Shown: one piece after another, positions 15,591 to 24,856 of the stretch
Layout of the letters: the number at the start of each line of letters is the position of its first letter
Position numbering within the stretch: the stretch's first letter is position 1
Origin: an uncultured Lactobacillus sp.
GTDB taxonomy: Bacteria > Bacillota > Bacilli > Lactobacillales > Lactobacillaceae
Assembly: GCA_937874695.1 (NCBI GenBank)
Contig: CALNAJ010000041.1
Location: forward strand, 1,458-65,457
Length of the DNA: 64,000 nt
Direction of reading: 5' to 3'
Made by a program: the position numbers and the translations under genes
The notes under the pieces: model-generated
Database searches by the model: none
What the model saw: the letters and a program-made list of their open reading frames with translations, nothing else
Told to the model about the DNA's origin: nothing

Positions 15591-17243
15591 GTGAAACATT
15601 GGGGAATACTTCTTATTATAGCGATCTGTGGCGCCCTGAGTGGCTGCACGATCAGTCACGAAACGGATACACCTAGTGATAGCAAAGGGGTCATGTCCCA
15701 GGATCAAGTCTTAAATTTGGCTTCCCACCATCCCCTAACCACGCTGGACACGGACAAGCTCACGCAATTTGGTCGGCTGAACAATACGATTGAAGGGCTC
15801 TACCAGGCCACTAGCAACAACGATACCGAACTGGCCCTGGCAAAAAAAGTTAAGATCAGTGCTGACAAGCAGACCTATACCTTTACCCTTTGGAAAGATT
15901 CACACTGGAGCAACGGCGATGTGATCACCGCCCCTGACTTCGTCTTCTCTTGGCGACGCGCCCTGATGCCTAAGACCAAGGCGCCCGAGGCCGACCTCTT
16001 TGACGGTATCAAGAACTCCCGGCAAATTCTGGACGGCGAATTACCGGCAAGTCAGCTAGGGGTCACGGCGCCCAGCAAGTTCAAATTGGTCGTGCACCTC
16101 GACCATCCTATGGCGGAGCTCCCACAGCGACTGGCTTATCCGCTCTTTGGCCCGCAGAATCGACGCATCGCCATCAAATATGGCAAGCTCTACGCCACGA
16201 AGCCGCGCTACCAAGTGTATGCTGGTCCCTTCATGGTCGCCAATCGTGGTAGTTCTAAATGGCGCTGGCATATGATTCCGAACCCTCACTACTGGGACCG
16301 TAAGCACGTCTACCTCAGCCGCATCAACGTGGTGACCTATAAGTCAGCGACAGCGGCTTGGGACGCCTACGACCACGGTCGCCTAGACGAGATGCGTATC
16401 ACTGGGAAATCCAACGTCAAATACTACGAAAAAAAGGCCGACTACACTGCCCGGCCTTACTCCAAAATGGTCCTGCTCAATTATCGCCAAACCGGGCAGA
16501 ATTCCAAGACAAACCGCCTGCTTCAACAAAAACTCGCCCGGTTAGCCATTTCCCACGCCATCAACCGTAAGTACCTGGTCAAAAAAGCCTATGGGAATAC
16601 CTCGCTGACCGCCCAGGGTGTCGTCCCAGCCGGCCTGAGTCGCGGACTCAAGGGTACCGCCGACTTTGCCGCCGCACAGCCCGAACAAGCCACTCTTGCC
16701 TACAGTCCCAAGACGGCCAAGGCAGAGTGGCAGACCGCAACCAAACGGGCTAGTGTGGCTCATATGAGCTTATCTCTCGGCTATCTGGGCGACACTAACA
16801 ACCCTGCCGTGGCCAAGACACTCAAGCACCAATTGGAAGCCAACCTCCCTGGCCTGACAATTACCCTTAAAAAACACGAACAAGCCCTCAATGCTCGGGC
16901 AGTTCCGGTTACGTCAGATATCACCTTAACGACGCAACGGGCCCAGTACGCCGACCCACTGGCGGTGCTATCCTTATTCACCAGTAATAACAGTGCCAAC
17001 GTTGGCCACTGGTCCAGCAAGACCTACGACCAGCTGATTGATCGGGCCAGCAATGCCCCTACCTTCAATTCTAAGCGGTGGCAGACACTGTTAAGTGCCG
17101 AGGGCTTACTGATGCGAGATCAGGGCGTCACGCCGCTCATACAGCCTGCCAGCACCTACCTGGTTGACCCCAAGCTCAATGGGGTGCTCTACAATACCAT
17201 CGGCACCCAGTCCAACTTCAAGAGTGCTTACTTTGTAAGATAA
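15591..17243 (+). CDS. peptide/nickel ABC-transporter substrate-binding lipoprotein (family 5, OppA-like), orphan
   Basis: Lipobox LSGC. SBP_bac_5-type sequence (WSNGDVITAPDFVFSWRR). GTG start after GGAGGAA. No permease or ATPase genes adjacent. Confidence 0.85.
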   Translation: MKHWGILLIIAICGALSGCTISHETDTPSDSKGVMSQDQVLNLASHHPLTTLDTDKLTQFGRLNNTIEGLYQATSNNDTELALAKKVKISADKQTYTFTLWKDSHWSNGDVITAPDFVFSWRRALMPKTKAPEADLFDGIKNSRQILDGELPASQLGVTAPSKFKLVVHLDHPMAELPQRLAYPLFGPQNRRIAIKYGKLYATKPRYQVYAGPFMVANRGSSKWRWHMIPNPHYWDRKHVYLSRINVVTYKSATAAWDAYDHGRLDEMRITGKSNVKYYEKKADYTARPYSKMVLLNYRQTGQNSKTNRLLQQKLARLAISHAINRKYLVKKAYGNTSLTAQGVVPAGLSRGLKGTADFAAAQPEQATLAYSPKTAKAEWQTATKRASVAHMSLSLGYLGDTNNPAVAKTLKHQLEANLPGLTITLKKHEQALNARAVPVTSDITLTTQRAQYADPLAVLSLFTSNNSANVGHWSSKTYDQLIDRASNAPTFNSKRWQTLLSAEGLLMRDQGVTPLIQPASTYLVDPKLNGVLYNTIGTQSNFKSAYFVR

Positions 17244-17250
17244 GCTAAGA

Positions 17251-17282
17251 AAAAATGCGACCACAGTGGCCGCATTTTTTTA
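17251..17282 (+). terminator. terminator after oppA-like gene
   Basis: AAAAAATGCGACCACAGTGGCCGCATTTTTTT. Confidence 0.7.
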
Positions 17283-17355
17283 CGCTTTCAGTTATTTTTA
17301 ACCCGTTAACAGGACGCCTTCTCTAATTACAAAGCTAATCTTAGCATGCTTTTAC

Positions 17356-17550
17356 TTAATTTTTACTTCTCAGTTTCTCAATCACCATAAGTGCGATAAT
17401 CCCAACTAGTGTACCACCTAAAATCCAAGCAATAGTCATTAAATCCCAACTAAATACTGTTGGCCACATAATTGGTAATAGGAAGAACCCGAGAAAGAAT
17501 GCCATGTAAAAAACAAAGTACCGTTTTAATTTGCTTTTTATTATTGTCAT
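17356..17550 (-). CDS. 64-aa two-TM small membrane protein
   Basis: ORF 6 nt downstream of the preceding stop. Hydrophobic, weak SD. Confidence 0.4.
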   Translation of the reverse strand: MTIIKSKLKRYFVFYMAFFLGFFLLPIMWPTVFSWDLMTIAWILGGTLVGIIALMVIEKLRSKN

Positions 17551-17556
17551 CCCCTC

Positions 17557-17871
17557 TCACGCTTTCAATTGTTCTTGAGCCGTTGCCAGCACGTCTTCGC
17601 CAACGAATTCACTGGTCAGTCGCGCCATTGGGGTGTAGCCATGCCGTTCCTTATAAGGAACCGGATAGGCTGCCACCACCGCAACCTTCAAGTTATTTTC
17701 GGTCAAGAAGATCTGGCCTACACCGCGATACTTGCCTTTGCTGTGACGACCCGTGCGCCACGAATGGAGTTTAAAATCACCGTCGGGTTCACGCTTGATT
17801 TCGTACTTGCCGGAGGCGTTGGCCGCCACCGGAACCCCGACGTATTGATTCACTTCGTACTTTGCCTTCAT
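17557..17871 (-). CDS. hypothetical protein (104 aa), distal gene of the lipoate-ligase operon
   Basis: ATG 17871 lies 1 nt after the lplA stop (TAG-C-ATG). No family recognised. Confidence 0.55.
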   Translation of the reverse strand: MKAKYEVNQYVGVPVAANASGKYEIKREPDGDFKLHSWRTGRHSKGKYRGVGQIFLTENNLKVAVVAAYPVPYKERHGYTPMARLTSEFVGEDVLATAQEQLKA

Positions 17872-17872
17872 G

Positions 17873-18907
17873 CTATGCCTCTTCTACTAAAATTTTGGTT
17901 AATGGGGCCACGGCATCCGCCCCTAATACGGCGATCACCGCTGGCTGCTGCAGAATCGCCTGAACGGTTTCGGTCGTCGCCTGCTGGCCCATCAATTGAT
18001 CCGTGATGGCTAACAGTTCCGCTGGCGTCCCGACCGTCCCAAACAACGCGACCGAGCGGAGTTCACCGGCATGCCGGGTGTAATTCACGTGTAGTTGGCC
18101 CGCAGCGAGTGTCAACCGGTGGTAGGCCCGTAAACCGGGGTTAGCCCCGTAATTCCAGGCATCCGTTTGATATTTCTCTGCCAGTCGTTGATCGATGATT
18201 TCCCAGTCGTGCGCGGATAAGTGATACGTTTCCACCTCATCCAATCGATCAACCTTAAAGATGTGCTGAAGCAATGCCGTCTTGAAATCCTGAATATCCA
18301 GGTTTTGATACTCCGGCGCGAGATATTGCCGGAGATTGGTAATTGGCACACGGTTGGAGGCCACGCCCCGATGCCGCCGCTCGCTGACTGGAATCAACGC
18401 TTGATGGGCGGCGTCCACATTCAAATCATACATGATTGTCCCGCCGGCCGCATAACCATCGCCATTTTTAAACATGGTCATGCCGGAAAATTTCTTGTCA
18501 CCGACAACCAGATTACTCTTCTGACTAATCGCCAAATCGGGCACGCCCATGGCCTTCAGCGCCTTTAAAATTGGCGCCGCAAACCCAGTATAGTCTCCAA
18601 ACTGTGAACCATCCTGGGGATCACCATTGACAATGTGCTCAAAGATTAGGTTCCGTTCATCGTGATAAACAGCGCCCCCACCGGAGGTCCGCCGCACCAA
18701 TTGCACGTCATGCTTGGCCAAGTAATGAAAGTCCACTTCAGCCGTGACGTTTTGGTTAATTCCAACGATGACGGCCGGCCGGTTGACGTACATCATCAGG
18801 CCATGCCCGGGGAGCTTGAGGTCGTTGACCAGGTAATTATCGATGGATTGATTGACCACGGCATCGGTCACCACTTGGCCCTGCCGGTTCGTATCAATTA
18901 GAAACAT
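17873..18907 (-). CDS. lplA: lipoate--protein ligase
   Basis: MMYVNRPAVIVGINQN, VRRTSGGGAVYHD, KFSGMT motifs of LplA/LplJ. SD AAGGAGGG. Confidence 0.9.
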   Translation of the reverse strand: MFLIDTNRQGQVVTDAVVNQSIDNYLVNDLKLPGHGLMMYVNRPAVIVGINQNVTAEVDFHYLAKHDVQLVRRTSGGGAVYHDERNLIFEHIVNGDPQDGSQFGDYTGFAAPILKALKAMGVPDLAISQKSNLVVGDKKFSGMTMFKNGDGYAAGGTIMYDLNVDAAHQALIPVSERRHRGVASNRVPITNLRQYLAPEYQNLDIQDFKTALLQHIFKVDRLDEVETYHLSAHDWEIIDQRLAEKYQTDAWNYGANPGLRAYHRLTLAAGQLHVNYTRHAGELRSVALFGTVGTPAELLAITDQLMGQQATTETVQAILQQPAVIAVLGADAVAPLTKILVEEA

Positions 18908-18953
18908 AGGTGAACCCTCCTTGGTTTAATTCTAAATGTTAGGCTGAAATTGT

Positions 18954-19058
18954 CGTCTACGGCTGCCAGGGATTCTGCTGCTGTGGGGACCGCCTACAGC
19001 CAAAAAACGGGCTTCCAGCGCCGTCACGGCTAGCGCCATCCCTGGTCTCCTCCGACTA
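18954..19058 (+). repeat. modular intergenic repeat, copy D (module 1 fused to module 4, 105 nt)
   Basis: CGTCTACGGCTGCCAGGGATTCTGCTGCTGTGGGGACCGCCTACAGCCAAAAAACGGGCTTCC followed directly by ...GTCACGGCTAGCGCCATCCCTGGTCTCCTCCGACTA. Confidence 0.85.
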
Positions 19059-19315
19059 ATCAAATTTCTAACCATAACCTTAGATAAGTCATCAGCGTAC
19101 ATACCAAGCTTCTATTTCACTTTTTGACTACGAATCAATCTTGTCCGTAATCGGTTGTCACATTAGGTAGGTGATTCAGCCACAATCCCAATACAATTTT
19201 GATTTCAGTTTAGCATATCCCCCTGCCGGCAACAACTTCGGTAAGAACATATTGTCAGCGGTTACAGCATAAGGGTATACTAAAGAACGTAATGAGATTA
19301 AGGGAGGAATTTACC

Positions 19316-19699
19316 ATGCCTGAACAACAAAGGCCATCAGTTTGGGAACTATTTAAGAGCTTCTTTCACCCTAAGAAGGCCGAACCAAAAGTCACCACGC
19401 TCAACGGGGTTTGGTGGGAGCAGCGCCACACCATCTATCGGCTAGGAATCACCAGCGATGCTATTCAACAACTCGGCGATATTAGCTTTGCCGACCTCCT
19501 TGTCGAACCCGATCAAGTTCTGGACCAGGATCAAGATATTCTGGAGGTCGAAAGTGACAAGACCGTACAGAATTTCAAGACGCCGTTTGCCGGAACCGTC
19601 GTGGACGTCAACCACTTTCTCACTGAAAAGCCTGATGACATCAATTCTAACCGGCAATTGGAAAACTGGGTCTTAGATATTCGCATCGACTTTGACTAA
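19316..19699 (+). CDS. gcvH: glycine-cleavage H-like lipoyl carrier protein (orphan)
   Basis: GcvH-type pattern (YRLGITSDAIQQLGDISFADL, lipoyl-lysine context LEVESDKTV). ATG 19316 after AGGGAGGAA. Confidence 0.75.
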   Translation: MPEQQRPSVWELFKSFFHPKKAEPKVTTLNGVWWEQRHTIYRLGITSDAIQQLGDISFADLLVEPDQVLDQDQDILEVESDKTVQNFKTPFAGTVVDVNHFLTEKPDDINSNRQLENWVLDIRIDFD

Positions 19700-19987
19700 T
19701 CTAAACGACTTCCAAAAGGAGTGTTGCTGTCAGAAATGATTTTGGCAGTTGCGCCCCTTTTCTAGTCGAACACTAAAAACCGCAGCGTCCCCTTCACAAA
19801 GCCTACTTGCTAACGGCCAGGACCGTTCATTAATGGATTTAAAAAAAGAAATCAACTGTGTTTGCAATTCATTTAGACAAAATATTTACCATTTTCGATT
19901 GAGAGGACTACCATGAGAATTGAAGCCGGTGGTACCCATGCCAATCACAGATCCGCTGACCCCAAAATTTTTTTGGAGGTAATGGTT

Positions 19988-20203
19988 ATGGCTGTTGTAG
20001 AAAAGACTGCTTTATTGGATGAACCGATGAATGATACGTTTGACTGGTCCGATCAAAAGCTTCCTGTACGGGATGCTCTGTGGGATCACTTCATGGAATC
20101 CAATGGTCACAACACCGATGAAAGTGAAGCTTCTATGAAGGAAATCGATGCGAAGTCCGACGCTGAAGTTCGGTCTTACGTTGAAGATAACCTCAAGAAG
20201 TAA
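19988..20203 (+). CDS. acidic hypothetical protein (71 aa; alternative start 19913)
   Basis: ATG 19988 is 8 nt after GGAGG. An upstream in-frame ATG 19913 also has GAGAGGA, so the start is ambiguous. Confidence 0.5.
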   Translation: MAVVEKTALLDEPMNDTFDWSDQKLPVRDALWDHFMESNGHNTDESEASMKEIDAKSDAEVRSYVEDNLKK

Positions 20204-20220
20204 CCGGCTGTTTCAACCTA

Positions 20221-20256
20221 AAAATAACCTCGCCAATTGGCGAGGTTATTTTTGTT
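20221..20256. terminator. bidirectional terminator hairpin
   Basis: Perfect 14-bp stem AAAATAACCTCGCC-AATT-GGCGAGGTTATTTT. Confidence 0.85.
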
Positions 20257-20264
20257 ATCTTATT

Positions 20265-20888
20265 TTAGTTTAATTGCGGACTCACGCTATAGAATTTTAA
20301 ATAACGGTGACCAGTTGCTGGATCAATCACCATGCGCGTTACGCTGGTGTTGGTCGGTTCCGGTAACGCAGTGGTCGCCGGTGCCGCCAACATCAACAGT
20401 GCCGTCGCCTTGATGGTCAGGCCATGGCTAACGACCAGAATGTGATCATCAGGATGATCCACGACTTGCTCAGCCAGCCATTGGCCGACCCGGTGTTGAA
20501 TCGCCAAGTAGGACTCACCGCCTACGGATGCCAAGACATCCGGCAGTGCTTCGCCAGTGACCGCATCGAAATCCTGCGGCCGTTGTTCGCTGACCGCTGG
20601 TAAACTTTTGCCGGTCCAGTCCCCATAATTTGCTTCCATCAATCGGTCGTCAAACGTTGGCGTCAAGGCCATCATCGTTGTCAGTGCCGCCGTAGTCTGT
20701 CGCGTCCGGTGTAACGGGCTACTGATCAATTGATTGTAGTGCTCGCCGTGCAACCACTGGGCGAGATGCTCAGCCTGTTGCAGACCGCGAACTGTCAGGT
20801 GGGTGGCCGTCGTATCCAATTGTCCTTGCATAATTTGATCCACGTTGGCCTGTGTTTGCCCGTGGCGTACCCAATCAAAAGTCGTCAT
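20265..20888 (-). CDS. histidine phosphatase family protein (phosphoglycerate mutase-like)
   Basis: N-terminal RHGQT catalytic motif (FDWVRHGQTQAN) and a downstream SHG motif (VVSHGLTI). Confidence 0.8.
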   Translation of the reverse strand: MTTFDWVRHGQTQANVDQIMQGQLDTTATHLTVRGLQQAEHLAQWLHGEHYNQLISSPLHRTRQTTAALTTMMALTPTFDDRLMEANYGDWTGKSLPAVSEQRPQDFDAVTGEALPDVLASVGGESYLAIQHRVGQWLAEQVVDHPDDHILVVSHGLTIKATALLMLAAPATTALPEPTNTSVTRMVIDPATGHRYLKFYSVSPQLN

Positions 20889-20912
20889 TTGTTAGTCACT
20901 TCCTACTCCCAA

Positions 20913-21884
20913 TTAAAGCTCTTTCGAGGTGTTTCGTCGACCCCGCTGGAGTAAATAAATTGCCACAATCACTAAAATTGACCCGATCACTTCGGCACCC
21001 GAGATGGCCAAGCCGAGGAAGACGATCGACAGAATGAAGGTCATCACCGGCTGAACGGCATCCACGATACTGATCACGTCAGATGGCGCGAAGTGGGTAC
21101 TGTAAAGAATCAGTGAGAAAGGCACAATGGTCCCAAACACGATAACCGTTGCCATCGAGGCAATCAACGTCCCGGTCAACGGTGGCGTGCTGACCCACAC
21201 TGGTTGATGCAGGTTAAAGATGATCCCGGCGATAAATGTTCCCCACCCGAGGACGGTAATTGGCGAATGACCGCCCCGGACCAACGGCCGTGGCAGAACC
21301 ACGTAGCAGGCAGCGGTGATTCCAGATCCAATCCCCCAAAGTAGCGAATCGAACGGAATTGCCAGCTGGGATAGGTTTCCTCGCGTAATGGCCAGGAAGA
21401 CCCCTACCATTGCAACGGCAAAGGCAATCAGGTCACTACGTAATGGCCGATTGTGCTTAAACAGCAAGCTTCCCAACACGATAAAGAGCGGACTCAAGTA
21501 TTGTAGAATTGTCGCCGCAGCGGCATTCCCCGTCTGAACCGCGATGTAGAAAGTCAGTAGGTTTGCACCCAGTCCAATGACCGCGTAGGCAACCAGCCAG
21601 CCGACCTCACGCCAGCTGCTGAAGACCGCAAAAGTTTTCTTCCAGCCATACAAGATAAAACTAATAATGAGCAGCACCACACCAGCGCCTAATGTCCGCG
21701 CTGACAAGAACCAATTGGTCGGAATGGATTGTCCCTGTGAAATAAACTGCAAAACTGTTCCGGACACCCCAAACATCGCTGAAGCAATGGTGGCCCAGAA
21801 AATACCCTTGATGACGTTCCCCGTCGATACCTCTGAATTTTTCAAACCTGTGAATCCTTTCTCTCTCACACTCACGGCGTGCAT
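20913..21884 (-). CDS. EamA/DMT-family transporter
   Basis: 323-aa ORF with 10 TM helices and two EamA-like halves. SD TGGAGAA. Confidence 0.75.
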   Translation of the reverse strand: MHAVSVREKGFTGLKNSEVSTGNVIKGIFWATIASAMFGVSGTVLQFISQGQSIPTNWFLSARTLGAGVVLLIISFILYGWKKTFAVFSSWREVGWLVAYAVIGLGANLLTFYIAVQTGNAAAATILQYLSPLFIVLGSLLFKHNRPLRSDLIAFAVAMVGVFLAITRGNLSQLAIPFDSLLWGIGSGITAACYVVLPRPLVRGGHSPITVLGWGTFIAGIIFNLHQPVWVSTPPLTGTLIASMATVIVFGTIVPFSLILYSTHFAPSDVISIVDAVQPVMTFILSIVFLGLAISGAEVIGSILVIVAIYLLQRGRRNTSKEL

Positions 21885-21982
21885 TATAATTCTCCAATTT
21901 TACCCGATGTTCATTAGAATTTGATGGTAAAACGGCGAAAAAGATCAGTTGTGGCCAACTTTTTTCAACTGCCTAACATCAT

Positions 21983-22019
21983 ACAAAAATGGACGTGACT
22001 TCACAACGCGTCACGTCCA
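21983..22019 (-). terminator. terminator of metQNI operon
   Basis: TGGACGTGAC / GTCACGTCCA stem, followed on the minus strand by TTTTTGT. Confidence 0.8.
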
Positions 22020-22028
22020 CAAGCCCAC

Positions 22029-22712
22029 CTAGGCTGTGTGGTCCACACGCCGGGCGAGTAAGTCTCCAATTAATTGAATAGCAAACACGATAACTAAGAT
22101 AATCAGCATAGCCATAACGGTCACGTCGGTTTCAAAACGACTGTAACCAACGTTGATGGCCAAGTTACCTAAGCCACCACCCCCGATGGCACCAGCCATC
22201 GCGGTCAGGTCGATCAGACTGATCAACGTTAGGACGGAGGAGCGGATAATATCCGGAAGTCCTTCCTTTAAATAAACGCGAAAGATAATGGCAATCGGAC
22301 CAGAACCAACGGACTCGGCAGCTTCAACCACCCCATGGTCAACTTCGGCCAGGGCATTTTGAATCTGACGGGCGTAGAACGGTGCGGAGCCAATGACCAA
22401 TGGCACGATGGCTGCGGTCGTCCCAATCGCCGTCCCCACAATGATCCGGGTCAGCGGTGCAATCACGGCCAGTAAAATAACGAATGGAATCGACCGACAC
22501 AGGTTAACCAGCTTATCCAAGATGTTATAAACGACGCGATTTTCCAAGATACCACCGGGTTGGGTGACAATCAAACCAATCCCAATAGCCATCCCAATAA
22601 TCCCCGCAACAATGGCCGTAATAGCCGTCATGTAGAGGGTCTCACCGGTTGCCTGCAGGAAGTCACCCTTCATCGTGACCGCGTTAGGAAAGTATTTTGC
22701 TAATAAATTCAC
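22029..22712 (-). CDS. metI: methionine ABC transporter permease
   Basis: MetI-type permease sequence. GTG start immediately after the metN stop. Confidence 0.9.
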   Translation of the reverse strand: MNLLAKYFPNAVTMKGDFLQATGETLYMTAITAIVAGIIGMAIGIGLIVTQPGGILENRVVYNILDKLVNLCRSIPFVILLAVIAPLTRIIVGTAIGTTAAIVPLVIGSAPFYARQIQNALAEVDHGVVEAAESVGSGPIAIIFRVYLKEGLPDIIRSSVLTLISLIDLTAMAGAIGGGGLGNLAINVGYSRFETDVTVMAMLIILVIVFAIQLIGDLLARRVDHTA

Positions 22713-23774
22713 TTAGGCCACCTCCGAATCGTTAGGGTTCAAATGGGTAATGTTGATGCCGGCATCCTGACAATATTGCCAAGCGGCAGCCAACTTATCC
22801 GGTTCACCAGACATCACCACAATCAGATTCCCCAGTGGCGTATCCTGCAAGATTTCAACGTTTCCATATAAGATGTTCGAAACCACACCATACCGCTTAT
22901 ATAACTCGGTAATCAGCGGTGCGTCGGTGCTAGCACCCACATACTGCAGCTGAACCAATTGCTGGCTCTCGCTGAGATTGAGGGTTGCCGCTTGCCGGAA
23001 AATCTTTTCCAGCGCCTGGTTGATCTGTGTCGCCGTATTGATAAAGTCCTGCGTCAATGGCTTCTCTGGTCGACTGAAAATCGTGACTAAATCGCCCCGT
23101 TCGATGATTTCCCCAGCTTCCATGACGGCAACCTTGTTACAGATTTCCTTAACAGCTTCCATTTCATGGGTAATCAACACAACCGTCAGGCCCAATTCCT
23201 TGTTCAACCGCTTCAGTAATTCCAAAATGGATGAGGTGGTCTTGGGGTCCAACGCGCTGGTTGCTTCATCACTGATCAAAATTTCTGGGTCATTCGCCAA
23301 AGCTCTGGCGATGGCGACCCGTTGCTTCTGCCCACCAGAAAGTTGGGCAGGATAATCCTCGGCCTTTTCACTCAGACCAACCAGGTCCAACAGGTGAGCA
23401 ACCTTCTTCTTCCGTTCATCGCGGGAAAGCCGCCCTTTTAAGGGGTAGCCAACGTTATCCGCAATCGTCCGGGAAGCCATCAGGTTAAAGTGTTGGAAGA
23501 TCATCCCAATTTTCGTCCGCGCAGTCCGTAGCTCGCGGGGATTCAAGGCCAGAATATCCTGACCACTGACCTCCACGGAACCGGCAGTGGGCCGTTGGAG
23601 CCGGTTGATGACCCGCACCAACGTACTCTTCCCGGCGCCGGAATACCCGACGACCCCGTAGATGTCGCCGCGTTCTACCGTCAGCGAAACCTTTTTAACG
23701 GCTTCAACGGTCTGTCCCTTATTATGGAAGGTGACGTCGATATCTTTTAACTGAATAATCGCTTCGTTAGTCAA
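22713..23774 (-). CDS. metN: methionine ABC transporter ATP-binding protein
   Basis: Walker [10 protein letters not shown], signature LSGGQKQR, Walker B ILISDE, C-terminal NIL domain. TTG start after AAGGAGAA. Confidence 0.9.
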   Translation of the reverse strand: MTNEAIIQLKDIDVTFHNKGQTVEAVKKVSLTVERGDIYGVVGYSGAGKSTLVRVINRLQRPTAGSVEVSGQDILALNPRELRTARTKIGMIFQHFNLMASRTIADNVGYPLKGRLSRDERKKKVAHLLDLVGLSEKAEDYPAQLSGGQKQRVAIARALANDPEILISDEATSALDPKTTSSILELLKRLNKELGLTVVLITHEMEAVKEICNKVAVMEAGEIIERGDLVTIFSRPEKPLTQDFINTATQINQALEKIFRQAATLNLSESQQLVQLQYVGASTDAPLITELYKRYGVVSNILYGNVEILQDTPLGNLIVVMSGEPDKLAAAWQYCQDAGINITHLNPNDSEVA

Positions 23775-23973
23775 ATCTTCGTTCTCCTTACTCGCCTATG
23801 CTGGCAATTTTCTCTCTACTTATGCGTTAACTCTCCAACTTCATCGTCGACAGCGCTCAGGCACCATTGCTGTGAGGATACCATCATCAGCACAGCACGG
23901 TGCCCGTCAGTCATCAACGCTGTTTAGTTGGTTAGCTTAAATTAACGTGATGCCTTTGACAATGCGCTTCTGT

Positions 23974-24789
23974 TTACCAAGCTGGAATGGTTAAGCCGTG
24001 GTAGTACTTCGTCAACAACTTCTTCGTGGCTTCAGTCTGGTAAGCCTTCACGATCTTCTTGTAGGTCTTGTTGTTCTTGTCAGACTTGTTGGTAGCGATG
24101 ATGTTGATGTAAGGGATGGAAGCCTTGTTGATCTTTTCCTTGAAGATGGTTTCGCTGTTTGGCAGCTTAGCTTCAGCAGCGAATTCGTTGTTGATAACGG
24201 CCCCGGCAGCATCGGTCAATGAACGTGGCGTTTGCGCAGCATCAACGGCCGTAATCTTCAAGTTCAACTTGTTTTGCGTGATGTTCTTTGGTGTTGGTAA
24301 TTCAACCTTGGAATCCACCTTGATCAAACCAGCGGATTGCAGTAAATGTAAGGCCCGGCCTTCGTTGGTTGAATCGTTAGGAATGGTGATTTGGTCACCC
24401 TTTTTGATGTCGGAAACATTCTTAACCTTCTTGGAGTATAACCGTAGTGGTGCGCGGACGGTCTTACCAATAGAAACGATGTTAGACTTGTGCGCCTTGT
24501 TCCATTGGTCCATGAAGTACGTGTGTTGGAAGGAGTTCAGGTCAATTTCGTGGTTCGTCAACGCAGCGTTAGGCTGGTTGTAGTCGGTGAAGGTCACCAG
24601 TTTGATGTTGATGCCTTGCTTCTTCAGCTTCGATTGGATAGGTTTCCAGATTTTTTCATCGGAACCCATGATCCCAATCTTAACGGTCTTGTTGCTGGAA
24701 CTACTGCTGGACTTACCACAACCAGCAACGATTAACAATGGAATCAATAATACCAAGAGCCAACTAAAATGTTTAAATGATTTCTTCAT
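23974..24789 (-). CDS. metQ: methionine-binding lipoprotein (NlpA/MetQ family)
   Basis: Lipobox VAGCG. MetQ-like sequence. ATG 24789 is 9 nt after GGGGA. Confidence 0.9.
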   Translation of the reverse strand: MKKSFKHFSWLLVLLIPLLIVAGCGKSSSSSSNKTVKIGIMGSDEKIWKPIQSKLKKQGINIKLVTFTDYNQPNAALTNHEIDLNSFQHTYFMDQWNKAHKSNIVSIGKTVRAPLRLYSKKVKNVSDIKKGDQITIPNDSTNEGRALHLLQSAGLIKVDSKVELPTPKNITQNKLNLKITAVDAAQTPRSLTDAAGAVINNEFAAEAKLPNSETIFKEKINKASIPYINIIATNKSDKNNKTYKKIVKAYQTEATKKLLTKYYHGLTIPAW

Positions 24790-24856
24790 ACTCAATATCC
24801 CCTTTATAATAAGTCATAATTAATTTGTTTAAATGTCGCGAGAGAAAACGGTGACC

